Positions 35,540 through 48,005 of a DNA stretch of 64,000 nucleotides are shown here, piece by piece. The notes beneath the pieces are model-generated. The model saw only the letters and a list, made by a program, of their open reading frames with translations, was not told where the DNA came from and did not search any database. Origin of the DNA: Squalus acanthias (taxonomy: Eukaryota); the NCBI GenBank assembly GCA_030390025.1, contig CM059431.1, forward strand, positions 101,434,001 through 101,498,000, written 5' to 3'. Both the position numbers and the translations under genes were made by a program. Each line of letters begins with the position of its first letter. Within the stretch, counting starts at the first letter, position 1.

Positions 35540-36662
35540 GCGTGGATTGAGAAGCAAGCGGTCGCGCCTCACACTTTTTGGGACAATTGGTTGACAGGGA
35601 CAATGGAGCGGGTATAATTTTCAGGCATTAGTTGATAAAATTCCAAAAATGAGACTTATTAGAGAGGCAGCGTGTGGAATTAATGGCATACAGTGTTTTT
35701 TTTATTTAGCTGAATTGTAAATTGGTCTGGCAATAGGAGGCAGGTGGTGATGATAACTCGGAATACCTCTGGCTTGGGGGCTGTGACTAACGGGAGTGCT
35801 GCAAGGATCTGTTCTGCAGCCCCAGCTGTTCCCTACTATTTAGGAATGATTATATCAGGAGGTCGCTTCTGCAACTATTCAATTTACTGATGACACCAAC
35901 CGATTTGGCCATGTGATGAATATAAAGAAAGGCTGTAAGAAAGAACACCAAGAATCAGGACCAAGGGGTATATGTGCACAAATCGTTGAAGGTGGCAGGG
36001 CAGGTTGAGAAAGCGGTTAAAAAAGCTTACGGGATCATGGGCTTCATGAATAGAGGTATAGAGTACAAAAGCGTGAAAATTTTGATGAAGCTGTATAAAA
36101 CACTGAGTTTGACCTCAACTGGAGTATTGTGTCCAATTCTGGGCACCGCACTTCAGGAAGGATGTGAAGGCCTCAGAGAGGGTGCAGAAAAGATTTACGA
36201 GAATGATTCCAGGGTTGAGGGACTTCAGTTACGTGGATAGACTGGAGAAGCTGGGGTTGTTCTCCTTAGAGCAGAGAAGGTTGAGAGGAGATTTGATAGA
36301 GGTGTTCAAAATCATGAGGGGTCTAGACAGAGTAGATAGAGAGAAACTGTTCCCATTGGTGGAAGGGTCGAGAACCAGAGGACACAGATTTAAGGTGATT
36401 GGTAGAAGAACCAAAGGCGACATGAGGGAAAACTTTTGTAGGCAGCGAGTGGTGGTGATCTGGAATGCACTGCCTGAAAGGGTGGTGGAGGCAGATTAAA
36501 TCGTGGCTTTCAAAAGGGAATTGGATAAGTACCTGAAGGAAAGAAATTTGCAGGGCTACGGGGAAAGGGCAGGGGAGTGGGACTAGCTGAAGTGCTCTTG
36601 CAGAGAGCTGGCACGGGCTCGACGGGCCGAATGGCCTCCTTCCGTGTTGTAACCATTCTATG
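35540..36662 (+). mobile_element. CR1 fragments (decayed RT piece 35540-35950 plus younger 3' end 35955-36662)
   Basis: HKSLKVAGQVEKAVKKAYG...RRLRGDLIEVFK; upstream degenerate GV-QGSVL/FTDD-like sequence. Confidence 0.85.
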
Positions 36663-36747
36663 AATTGAGTGCAGCAACACAGCAATGGCACACGGATTAT
36701 ACTGTGGATTAAATATAAGGTGAAGTGCATTGGAACAAGAAGCAAAA

Positions 36748-37484
36748 GGGCCGAATCTTGCTGGAGCGAGGCATCTCTTGGCGTGACCCGTTAGTTAGAC
36801 TTTTTCCCTCACCCTTAAGTTACCCTGTATCTCGCTGGGAGTGTGAGCTGCTAACAGCGCAGTGAGGGCAACGGGGCATCCGGGACCTCGGTGAACGACG
36901 GGACCAACAGTCTATCTCCTTAACCCATGAGATTAAAGGATTGAGAAAGAAACAGAGGAACGACGGAGAAGGAAATCGGGTGAATTAGAGTCAAATCAGG
37001 TACAGAAAGAGAAACAAATAGACGTAAAGAAATATTGGATTAAGAGAGAGAGAGAAAAAATAACGGAAAGGAAAAGTTTGACATTTTAAAAATCACTAAG
37101 AACAATTTACTACCTGCAGGAGTGAGACTCCACAGTTTAAATTGCTCCCTTTCTGGGCCAGAGAGGTTGATTGGCATCGCATTAACAATTATCACGTCGT
37201 TAACAAGGTGCTTCCGCTCTTAATTACCAGCCCTAACTTTCTGCGGCGAGTTTAATGGGCAATTGATGGGCGAATCCAGCAATTTCTTTAAAATAACGGG
37301 GAGGCTGAGGGCGAGATGCCGTTTGTGTGAAGGAAACAGCGGAGTGGTGTAAATCGACCAGCAAGTTCAGGAGATTCACAACTCACGGTGTATCTCCCTA
37401 TCCCCTGAACTCGCTGGTCGATTTACGCATTAATAACTGCGTGCATCGTGAACACGCCGTTACTGCTCCAGCAAGGTCCGGCCC
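36748..37484. mobile_element. MITE, PIF/Harbinger-like (same family as 47223-48005)
   Basis: TIRs gggccgaatcttgctggagc / gctccagcaaggtccggccc; colinear with the second copy. Confidence 0.85.
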
Positions 37485-37649
37485 AATGAGTTTTGTTGGA
37501 TGCAGGGGGTAAGCTGCTGGGCTTTTCCTCAGGAGATTGAACGGGTTATGATAGCAGTGAGTGGGTGATGGAATGTATTACACATAGTCTGTGGAATGAA
37601 TGGGCGTGTTGGCCCAAATGGCCTCTTGTTTCATGTTCTTAGCGTTATT

Positions 37650-37990
37650 TAATAAGAACATAAGAATTAGGAGCAGGAGTCGGCCATACGGCCCCTCGAG
37701 CCTGCTCCGCCATTCAATAAGATCATGGCTGATCTTCGACCTCAACTCCACTTTCCCGCCCGATCCCTTGAATATACTCAACAACTGAGCCTCCACAGCC
37801 CTCTGGGGTCGAGAATTCCAAAGGTTCAGCACCTTCTGAGTGAAGAAATTCCTCCTCATCTCAGTTTTAATGACTTTAGTAATCTCAGATTAAATGACCG
37901 ACCCCTTATTCTGAGTCTATGCCCCCTGGTTCTAGACTCTCCAGCCAGGGGAATCAACCTCTCAGCATCCACTCTGTCAATCCCCCCTGA
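37650..37990 (-). mobile_element. CR1 3' fragment
   Basis: DRVDAERLIPLAGESRTRGH...RRNFFTQ. Confidence 0.85.
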
Positions 37991-38224
37991 GAATATTTGC
38001 TTGCAAGCCAACCAATCATTGCACGTTTTTTTTGCTGCAGTTAGACCCACTACCCACCAGATGGCAGGATTATACATTGCAACGTACATCTGTCCCAAAT
38101 CATTAACAATAAAGCCCGATATTTACTGTTAACGAGTTTTGGACTGGAAAAGGAATTGAAAAAAAATCACTAATTCCGTGTATGCCATTAAAGACTTGAT
38201 ACTGAGCTCAAGTAACTTGATGAA

Positions 38225-38690
38225 GGGGCCTCTGAAGAAGATTTGCCAGAATGGGACCAGGGATGAGGGACTTCAGTTATGTGGAGAGACTGGAGAAGCT
38301 GGGGTTGTTCTCCTTAGAGCAGAGAAGTTTAAGAGGAGATTTGATAGAGGTGTTCAAAATCATGTAGGGTTTTGATAGAGTAAATAAGGAGAAACTGTTT
38401 CCAGTGGCAGAAGGGTCGGTAACCAGAGGACACAGATTTAAGATAATTGGCAAAAGAACCAGAGGGGGAGATGAGGAAACATTTTTTTATGCAGCGAGTT
38501 GTTGTGATCTGGAACGCGCTGCCTGAAAGGGCGGTGGGAGCAGATTCAATTGTAACTTTCAAAAGGGAATTGGATAAATACTTATAGGGAAAAAATTTAC
38601 AGGGTTATGGGGAAAGAGCAGGGGCGTCTACCACAGAGCCGACACAGGCACGACCGGCCGAATGGCTGTACGGTTCTGTGATTCTATGAT
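38225..38690 (+). mobile_element. CR1 3' fragment
   Basis: Matches 36200-36662 and 49275-49852. Confidence 0.85.
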
Positions 38691-39002
38691 AAAGAGGTGA
38701 TGCACCCTCAGATGTGACCTTCCTGTCTGCCCCCCTGAAATTAGGATTTGACCGTGAATGTGAACTTGTGTTTTCTGTTGTTCCTCTTTTATGACATCCA
38801 GACGAAAGGATATTCTATTTCATTTTATTAATTATAACCAGACCAAATGAATCAGTCACAGACGTTTACATCTCCCGTAGCATCAGTTAAGCAGAATCTG
38901 TGCAGACAAACACTGTCAAATCATCTCGTGACAAATTGTTAAACGAGTATACTGCGTAAAAGGTTGTTCCTAACTTAGTTACAATCAGTGTATAGCCAGT
39001 TA

Positions 39003-39397
39003 CAAAAGCAAAACACGGCGGATGCTGGACATCGGAAATAAAAACAGGAAAATGCTGGAAACGCTCGGCAGGTCAGGCAGCATCCGCGGAGAGAGAAACG
39101 GAGTTAACGTTTCAGGTCGATGACCTATCGTCAGAACTGGAAGATGTTAAGAGATGTAACAGGTTTTAAGCAAGTGTAGGGGCAGGGAAAGCGGGGAGGG
39201 GAGGAAGGAACAAAAGGGAAGGTCTGTGATAGGGTGGAAGGCAGGAGAAATTAAATGACAAAAGGGAGGATGGTGCGAGGCAAAAGGAGATGGTAATGGG
39301 ACAAGTAAAGAAACAAAGGATGGATCAAGAGGAGGTGTAAATGGGAATCTCAGAATCAGCAACAGCTGCCGTCTGAAAGAATGGGGCAGAGGTTATG
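39003..39397 (-). mobile_element. Penelope pLTR (family A) with hammerhead at 39102-39138
   Basis: Reverse complement agtt-CTGACGA-t-aggtc[atc]gacct-GAAA-cg-TT-aact plus the pLTR body. Confidence 0.82.
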
Positions 39398-39521
39398 TAT
39401 GATATGATATGATAATTGGCACCATAATTAGGGTAATGAGAGATTCAAAATCAGGCAACTCCTTCATTGCAATAAGCAGCTACAAATATTTGTAGAAGAG
39501 CATTTTAAAACTATAATTAAG

Positions 39522-39630
39522 GAGTTCTGACGAAAGGTCATCGACCTGAAACGTTGACTCTGTTTCTCTCTCCACGGATGCTGCCTGACCTGCTGAGTAT
39601 TTCCAGCATTTTCTGTTGTTATTTCACATT
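39522..39630 (+). mobile_element. Short Penelope pLTR piece beginning at the hammerhead (39522-39560)
   Basis: gagtt-CTGACGA-a-aggtc[atc]gacct-GAAA-cg-TT-gactc followed by the pLTR 3' part. Confidence 0.8.
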
Positions 39631-39840
39631 CTACGCAAATTAGGTTGTGAGTAAATCCTTTGTTTTAATCTATTGCAAAGATTCACTGTCACGTCAATAA
39701 AGTTTGTTCAGGTCCAAAGACTGCGGATTGGTCTCAGTACCTCATTATATTCCACAACAGCGTATACAGAACATGAACTTGCAGGAGAATAGAAGCTAGG
39801 ATATGTATTTTCTCCAACTGCAACACAAGTACAATAGCAT

Positions 39841-40316
39841 GACCCCGAGCTTCCGGTCGCCTGTCACTTTAAATCTCCGCTCCACTCCCACTCTGACCTC
39901 GGCCTCTTACACTGTTCCAACGAAGCTCAACATAAGTTCGAGGAACAGCACCTCATCTTTCGATGATGCACTTTACAGCCTTCTGGACTTAACATCGAGT
40001 TCAACAATTTCAGACTATAACCTCTGCCCCTATTTTTTCAAATGGCAGCTATTGATGATTCTGCCATCCCCATTTACCCCTCTTCTAGACCCCTCTTTTG
40101 TTTCTTTACTTGTCCCTTTTGTTCTTTCCTCCCCTCCCCCCTTTCCCTGCCCCTGCACTTGCTTAACACCTGTTACATCTCTAGTTTTTTCCAGTTCTGA
40201 CGAAGGGTCATCGACCTGAAACGTTGACTCTGTTTCCCTCTCCGCAGATGCTGCCTGACCCGCTGAGCGTTTACAGCATTTTCTGATTTCCAGCATCCTT
40301 AGTGTTCTGCTTTTGT
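39841..40316 (+). mobile_element. Penelope 3' end (GIY-YIG C-terminus + pLTR, hammerhead 40193-40229) with ~16-bp imperfect TSD
   Basis: TSD acaagtacaatagcat (39825-39840) / acaagtacgacagcat (40317-40332). Confidence 0.82.
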
Positions 40317-40804
40317 ACAAGTACGACAGCATTGTGTAAAGAAGTCTAGAATGTAATATCTGGCAGTGCGGTGATGTTCCCTGCTACAGTTCCTGGAACG
40401 AGGATGTGGAAAAAGCTACAAGTAGTGGCGCAAAGTTTAAATGCCAACAGGAAGACCACAGCGCAGAAATAAAAGGTTACGATTGTTATTTCCAAGTAAG
40501 TTACTAATCAGTAATGCATTGCATGCATATACCTTCAACTTGAAAAGATTTAACCCATTTGACTGCTGAATGGCTTTTGCAGATTTAAAATGAATGGTTT
40601 CGAAAAGCTAACTCCGATCACTTGTTCAAATTAGACTGTGGAACTCGTAAAAGATAAATTAAGAGAATGATTTCAGAACGTTATTCTTCACAGGAAGAGT
40701 AAATCAACGCATGGAATGGACTTGTGGGTCAGGTAGTGGAGGCAGAAACCCTAACCCCCCCCCCAGAGATTTAAGGAACAGCTGGTTGCTGTGGTGGGGG
40801 AACT

Positions 40805-41347
40805 GTAGACTTGACTATTCCAACACTCTCCTGGCCGGCCTCCCACCTTGCACCCTCCGTAAACCTGAGTTCATCCGAAACTCTGCTGCCCGTGTCCTAA
40901 CTTGCACCAAGTCCCGCTCACCACCTACATCGGCTCCCAGTCCAGCAACACCACGATTTTAAAATTCTCACTCTTGTTTTCAAATCCCTCCATGGCCTCG
41001 CCCCCTCCCTCCCTATCACCGTAACCTCCTCCAGCCCTACAACCCCCCGAGACGTCGGCGCTCCTCCAATTCTGGCCTCTTGAGCATCCCCGATTTCCAT
41101 CGCTCCACCATTGGCGGCCGTGCCTTCAGCTGCCTGGGGCCCCGAGCTCTGGAATTCCCTCCCTAAACCTCTCCGCCTCTCTCTCTCCTACTTTAAGTCG
41201 CTGCTTAAAACTTCCCCCTTTGACCACGCTTACTGTGCTAATATCTCCCTTTGTGGCTCGGTGTCAAATTTTGTGCAATAACGCTCCTGTGAAGCGCCTT
41301 GGGACATTTTACTGTGGTAAAAGCGCTGTGTAAATGCAAGTTGTTGT
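40805..41347 (+). mobile_element. L2 3' fragment
   Basis: RLDYSNTLLAGLP...NSAARVLT plus L2 tail. Confidence 0.88.
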
Positions 41348-41387
41348 AGAGTTGCTCTGGATGGATGAGCTAACATAGGCTAAATGT

Positions 41388-41772
41388 TCGGGTACAGTGG
41401 TTATATTACTGGACCAGTATTCTAGAGGTTTGGATTAATAATAACGAAAACCTGAGTTCAAATCCCACTGTGGCAGTTTGAGGATTTGAATTGAGTTTTT
41501 AATATATCTGGAAATATAAAGGCGTTGTCAGTGAAAGTGACCATGAAGCTGTCAGGATTGTCGTAAAAACCCAACTGGTTCACTTGTGTCCTTCAGGGAA
41601 GGGAACCTGCCGTCCTTACCCGGGCTGGGCCTATATGTGACTCCAGTCCCACACACCAATGACTCTTAACTGCCCTCTGAAGTGGCCAAGCGAGACACTT
41701 GGTCAGGTCAACAAGAGATGGGCAGTAAATGCCGGCCTTGCCAGCGACGCTCACAGCCCGAGAATGATTTTT
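41388..41772 (+). mobile_element. tRNA-derived SINE whose tail matches the CR1-group LINE (other copies 51846-51975 and 62467-62800)
   Basis: A-box-like tagtggtt and B-box gagttcaaatcc; tail gatgggcagtaaatgccggccttgccagcgacgc matches 11556-11600. Confidence 0.8.
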
Positions 41773-42439
41773 TTTTAAATGGTCTTGTTCACTGCATCTA
41801 TCTTGTAATTTGATCACTTTTAAAAATCAGCTCCTAATTTAATTTAACTGACCGCAAATTGTTATCAAAAGGGCAGCTTTTCAATCGCCAAAGTTTACAG
41901 TTGGCCAATCCAGCTGCTGATTAAAAGAGATAGGAAACCTGCCTCCCATCCCTGGATCGCTGCAACAAAGCTTCCCATTAACCCCGGAAAATAACAAGAT
42001 GTAACCATACCCACAACATCGTGGGTAATTTAGCCTGGAATTAAATCTGCCAAGCCCTGGCTCTTAAAAGGTTCCTGTACGTAATTGCGATAAAACTCAT
42101 GGAGGAGTCAGTTAGAATTCTTCTCAACGTAATGTCAATGATCCATAAATAGCTTGAAATAAATGGACAGACAGAGTATGTGTCGTCATAAGCCAAAGAC
42201 AACTGGCTGTGATCTGCATTGTACAATTGAGAATTACAAAAACAGCAATTTATCTTGTCAATTAAGAATAGGCAGGCCCAATAAGTTGAATAATAATTAC
42301 CAGAAATTGTCGAATTTGAGGTTCGTAGCAATTGATGTACTAACTGCTTCCAATTGTGAGGAGGATCTTTATGTCTCCAAATCCAAGAGCTTGAAAATAC
42401 TGATTCTCCCCTCACCCCTCACCCCTCACCCCCTCACCC

Positions 42440-45400
42440 CTCACCCCCGTGCTCGCTGACCTCCATTGGCTCTCAGTCCAGCAACGCCTCAAATTTAAAA
42501 TTCTCGTTACGTGTTCAACGCCCTCCATGGCCTCCTCGACCCCTGCCTATCTCTGTAACCTCCTCGCCCCCTGCCTATCTCTGTAACCTCCTCGCCCCCT
42601 GCCTATCTCTGTAACCTCCTCGCCCCCTCCCTATCTCTGTAACCTCCTCGCCCCCTGCCTATCTCTGTAACCTCCTCGCCCCCTCCCTATCTCTGTAACC
42701 TCCTCGCCCCCTGCCTATCTCTGTAACCTCCTCGCCCCCTCCCTATCTCTGTAGCCTCCTCGCCCCCTGCCTATCTCTGTAACCTCCTCGCCCCCTCCCT
42801 ATCTCTGTAACCTCCTCGCCCCCTCCCTATCTCTGTAACCTCCTCGCCCCCTGCCTATCTCTGTAACCTCCTCGCCCCCTGCCTATCTCTGTAACCTCCT
42901 CGCCCCCTGCCTATCTCTGTAACCTCCTCGCCACCTGCCTATCTCTGTAACCTCCTCGCCCCCTGCCTATCTCTGTAACCTCCTCGCCCCCTGCCTATCT
43001 CTGTAACCTCCTCGCCCCCTCCCTATCTCTGTAACCTCCTCGCCCCCTGCCTATCTCTGTCACCTCCTCGCCCCCTCCCTATCTCTGTAACCTCCTCGCC
43101 CCTCCCTATCTCTGTAACCTCCTCGCCCCCTGCCTATCTCTGTAACCTCCTCGCCCCCTGCCTATCTCTGTCACCTCCTCGCCCCCTCCCTATCTCTGTA
43201 ACCTCCTCGCCCCTCCCTATCTCTGTAACCTCCTCGCCCCCTGCCTATCTCTGTAACCTCCTCGCCCCCTGCCTATCTCTGTAACCTCCTCGCCCCCTGC
43301 CTATCTCTGTAACCTCCTCGCCCCCTGCCTATCTCTGTAACCTCCTCGCCCCCTGCCTATCTCTGTAACCTCCTCGCCCCCTGCCTATCTCTGTAACCTC
43401 CTCGCCCCCTGCCTATCTTTGTAACCTCCTCGGCCCCTGCCTATCTCTGTAACCTCCTCGCCCCCTGCCTATCTCTGTAACCTCCTCGCCCCTCCCCTAT
43501 CTCTGTAACCTCCTCGCCCCCTGCCTATCTCTGTAACCTCCTCGCCCCCTGCCTATCTCTCTAACCTCCTCGCCCCCTGCCTATCTCTCTAACCTCCTCG
43601 CCCCCTGCCTATCTCTGTAACCTCCTCGCCCCCTGCCTATCTCTCTAACCTCCTCGCCCCCTGCCTATCTCTGTAACCTCCTCGCCCCCTGCCTATCTCT
43701 GTAACCTCCTCGCCCCCTGCCCATCTCTGTAACCTCCTCGCCCCCTGCCTATCTCTGTAACCTCCTCGCCCCCTGCCTATCTCTGTAACCTCCTCGCCCC
43801 CTGCCTATCTCAGTAACCTCCTCGCCTCCTGCCTATCTCTGTAACCTCCTCGCCCCCTACCTATCTCTGTAACCTCCTCGCCCCCTGCCTATCTCTGTAA
43901 CCTCCACGCCCCCTGCCTATCTCTGTAGCCTCCTCGCCCCCTGCCTATCTCTGTAGCCTCCTCGCCCCCTGCCTATCTCTGTAACCTCCTCGCCCCCTCC
44001 CTATCTCTGTAACCTCCTCGCCCCCTGCCTATCTCTGTAACCTCCTCGCCCCCTGCCTATCTCTGTCACCTCCTCGCCCCCTGCCTATCTCTGTAACCTC
44101 CTCGCCCCTCCCTATCTCTGTAACCTCCTCGCCCCCTGCCTATCTCTGTAACCTCCTCGCCCCCTGCCTATCTCTGTAACCTCCTCGCCCCCTCCCTATC
44201 TCTGTAACCTCCTCGCCCCCTGCCTATCTCTGTAACCTCCTCGCCCCCTGCCTTTCTCTGTAACCTCCTCGCCCCCTGCCTATCTCTGTAACCTCCTCGC
44301 CCCCTGCCTATCTCTGTAACCTCCTCGCCCCCTGCCTATCTCTGTAACCTCCTCGCCCCCTCCCTATCTCTGTCACCTCCTCGCCCCCTGCCTATCTCTG
44401 TCACCTCCTCGCCCCCTCCCTATCTCTGTAACCTCCTCGCCACCTGCCTATCTCTGTAACCTCCTCGCCCCCTGTCTATCTCTGTAACCTCCTCGCCCCC
44501 TGCCTATCTCTGTAACCTCCTCGCCCCCTGCCTATCTCTGTAACCTCCTCGCCCCCTGCCTATCTCTGTAACCTCCTCGCCCCCTGCCTGTCTCTGTAAC
44601 CTCCTCGTCCCCTGCCTGTCTCTGTAACCTCCTCGCCCCCTGCCTATCTCTGTAACCTCCTCGCCCCCTGCCTATCTCTGTAACCTCCTCGCCCCCTGCC
44701 TATCTCTGTAACCTCCTCGCCCCCTGCCTGTCTCTGTAACCTCCTCGTCCCCTGCCTGTCTCTGTAACCTCCTCGCCCCCTGCCTATCTCTGTAACCTCC
44801 TCGCCCCTCCCCTATCTCTGTAACCTCCTCGCCCCCTGCCTATCTCTGTAACCTCCTCGCCCCCTGCCTATCTCTGTAACCTCCTCGCCCCCTGCCTATC
44901 TCTCTAACCTCCTCGCCCCCTGCCTATCTCTGTAACCTCCTCGCCCCCTGCCTATCTCTCTAACCTCCTCGCCCCCTGCCTATCTCTGTAACCTCCTCGC
45001 CCCCGCCTATCTCTGTAACCTCCTCGCCCCCTGCCTATCTCTGTAACCTCCTCGCCCCCTGCCTATCTCTGTAACCTCCTCGCCCCCTGCCTATCTCTGT
45101 AACCTCCTCGCCCCCTGCCTATCTCTGTAACCTCCTTGCCCCCTGCCTATCTCTGTAACCTCCTCGCCCCCTGCCTATCTCTGTAACCTCCTCGCCCCCT
45201 GCCTATCTCTGTAACCTCCTCGCCCCCTGCCTATCTCTGTAACCTCCTCGCCCCTCCCTATCTCTGTAACCTCCTCGCCCCCTGCCTATCTCTGTAACCT
45301 CCTCGCCCCCTGCCTATCTCTGTAACCTCCTCGCCCCCTGCCTATCGCTGTAACCTCCTCGCCCCCTGCCTATCTCTGTAACCTCCTCGCCCCCTGCCTA

Positions 45401-46436
45401 TCTCTGTAACCTCCTCGCCCCCTGCCTATCTGTCACCTCCTCGCCCCCTGCCTATCTCTGTAACCTCCTCGCCCCCTGCCTATCTCTGTAACCTCCTCGC
45501 CCCCTGCCTATCTCTGTAACCTCCTCGCCCCCTGCCTATCTCTGTAACCTCCTCGCCCCCTGCCTATCTCTGTAACCTCCTCGCCCCCTGCCTATCTCTG
45601 TAACCTCCTCGCCCCCTGCCTATCTCTGTAACCTCCTCGCCCCCTGCCTGTCTCTGTAACCTCCTCGCCCCCTGCCTATCTCTGTAACCTCCTCGCCCCC
45701 TGCCTATCTGTCACCTCCTCGCCCCCTGCCTATCTCTGTAACCTCCTCGCCCCCTGCCTATCTCTGTAACCTCCTCACCCCCTGCCTATCTCTGTAACCT
45801 CCTCGCCCCCTGCCTATCTCTGTAACCTCCTCGCCCCCTGCCTATCTCTGTAACCTCCTCGCCCCCTGCCTATCTCTGTAACCTCCTCGCCCCCTGCCTA
45901 TCTCTGTAACCTCCTCGCCCCCTGCCTATCTCTGTAACCTCCTCGCCCCCTGCCTATCTCTGTAACCTCCTCGCCCCCTGCCTATCTCTGTAACCTCCTC
46001 GCCCCCTGCCTATCTCTCTAACCTCCTCGCCCCCTGCCTATCTCTGTAACCTCCACGCCCCCTGCCTATCTCTGTAACCTCCTCGCCCCCTGCCTATCTC
46101 TGTAACCTCCTCCAACCCCACAACCCTCCCAGACCTCTGCGCTCCTCCAATTCCGGCCTCTTGAGCATCCCCGATTTCCTTCGCCCCACCATTGGCGGCC
46201 GTGCCTTCAGCCGCCTGGGCCCTAAACTCACTAATTGTCTCCCGACATTTCTCCGACTCGCTCTCCTCCTTGAAGACGCTCCCTTAAAACCTATCTCTTT
46301 GACCAAGCTTACGGTCACCTGTCCTAATATCTTATGTGGCTCGGTGTCAAATTTTGTTTGATAATCGCTCCTGTGAAGCGCCGCGGGACGTTTTTCTACG
46401 TTAAAGGCGCTATATAAATGCAAGCAGTTGTTGTTA
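42440..46436 (+). mobile_element. L2 3' fragment containing an internally expanded minisatellite
   Basis: L2 sequence at 42440-42530 resumes colinearly at 46113 and ends in the L2 tail. Confidence 0.88.
42531..46112. repeat. 28-bp minisatellite (cctcctcgccccctgcctatctctgtaa)n, about 3.6 kb
   Basis: Highly homogeneous tandem array; roughly 125-130 units estimated from length. Confidence 0.98.
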
Positions 46437-46859
46437 CAGGTGCTGAGTCTGTTGTCTACCTTTGACAAATATTCAAACATTGCTTTTGACAAGACCTGTT
46501 GTCCATGTCATTAACTTGGGTTTTCCACGTCTTAATCATCATTTCTCCCTTCCTATCCTGAAGGTTCTGCCTCCTACATGGGGCATGGTTCTATGGGCAA
46601 TTACAATGCAGGTAATTTTTTTCTTTGCTCAAGAAGAGCAAAGCATGTGTTGTCCTGGCAAATGTGACACCTCAACACATGGCAATGCATCAATCTGTTG
46701 CTAATAAACGTTGGCTTGTTCTCTCTACACAGATGCGGCCGGACCTGCTGTGATTTCCAGCAAAAAAAGTTTTTTGTTTTCCATACAGACCCCAGCATCT
46801 GCCACATTGTCTTTGATGTAATGTTTTGCTGACTGACCTGTTTGGACACCATCCACACC

Positions 46860-47110
46860 TTTGATTGCCGTGATTATCTCTCTGCCGAGGTGTGATAAAG
46901 GGCAGTTGGAAAGATTAACTGCAATCATCTGGCTGTGTTCTCTGACTATATATGCTGTGCCTATATGTATCTCTTCACTTCACCTGACGAAGGAGCAGCA
47001 GCTCCGAAAGCTTGTGATTTCAAATAAAACTGTTGGACTATAACCTGGTGTTGTGCGACTTCTCACATTTGTCAACCCCAGTCCAACACCGGCATCTCCA
47101 CATCATGGCT
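46860..47110 (+). mobile_element. Penelope pLTR (family B)
   Basis: Homologous to 19829-19998. Confidence 0.8.
46980..47017 (+). ncRNA. Minimal hammerhead motif (family B)
   Basis: tcac-CTGACGA-a-ggagc[agca]gctcc-GAAA-gc-TT-gtga. Confidence 0.8.
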
Positions 47111-47222
47111 AATAAATAGGTACAGCAATGACACCCACCCAATACTCTGCTACAATTATCACCTCTGCTCAATGTATGCAGGTTATCAGTCAATAATTCT
47201 GAGAAAAAAAATTGAGGATAAT

Positions 47223-48005
47223 GGACCAGATCTTGCTGGAGTGGGGCATCTCGCGGCGTTGCCCCATTAGTTAGACTTTTTCCTCCTCACCCTTCAGCTC
47301 GAAATTTTTTTGGCCCTGTATCTTGCTGGGAGTGCGAGCTGATAACGGGGCAGCGAGGGCAACGGAGCATCTGGGACCTCGGTGAACAACGGGACCAACA
47401 GTCTATCCCCTCAACCAATGAGATTTAAGGATAGAGAAAGAAACAGAGGAACGACAGAGAAGGAAATCGGGTGAATTAGAGTCAAATCAGATAGAGAAAG
47501 AGAAATAAAGAGAGGGAAAGAAAGATTGGATTAAGAGCAAGAGAAAAAAGAGACAGAGGGGAAAAGTATTTAAAAACCTCTAGGAACAATTTAAAATTTG
47601 ACATTTTTTCAAATCTCTAACAACAATTGACTAGCTGCAGGAATGAGATTGATCAGTTTCAATTGTTCCCATTCCGGGCCGGAGAGGTTGATTAGCATCG
47701 CATTAACAATTATCACATTGTTAAAAGGTTACTTACGCTCTTAATTACCAGCCCTAAATTTCTGCGGCAAGTTTAATAGGCAATTAATGTGCTCGTCCAG
47801 CAAGTTCTTAAAAATAACGGGGAGGCTGAGGGGGAGACGCCGTTTGTGTCCAGGAAACAGCGGAGAGGCGTAAATCGAGCAGCAAGTTCCAGAGATCCAC
47901 GACTCACGGCGTATCTCTTCATCCCCTGAACTCACTGGTCGATTTGTGCACTAATAACGACGTGCGTCGTTTACCCGCCGTTACTGTTCCAGCGAGATCC
48001 GGCCC
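47223..48005. mobile_element. MITE, PIF/Harbinger-like, TSD AAT
   Basis: aat|ggaccagatcttgctgga ... tccagcgagatccggccc|aat. Confidence 0.85.

Noticed and set aside
42531..46112. 28-bp repeat array as a CRISPR-like array
   Set aside because: Units are directly adjacent with no unique spacers, and the unit derives from L2 sequence.
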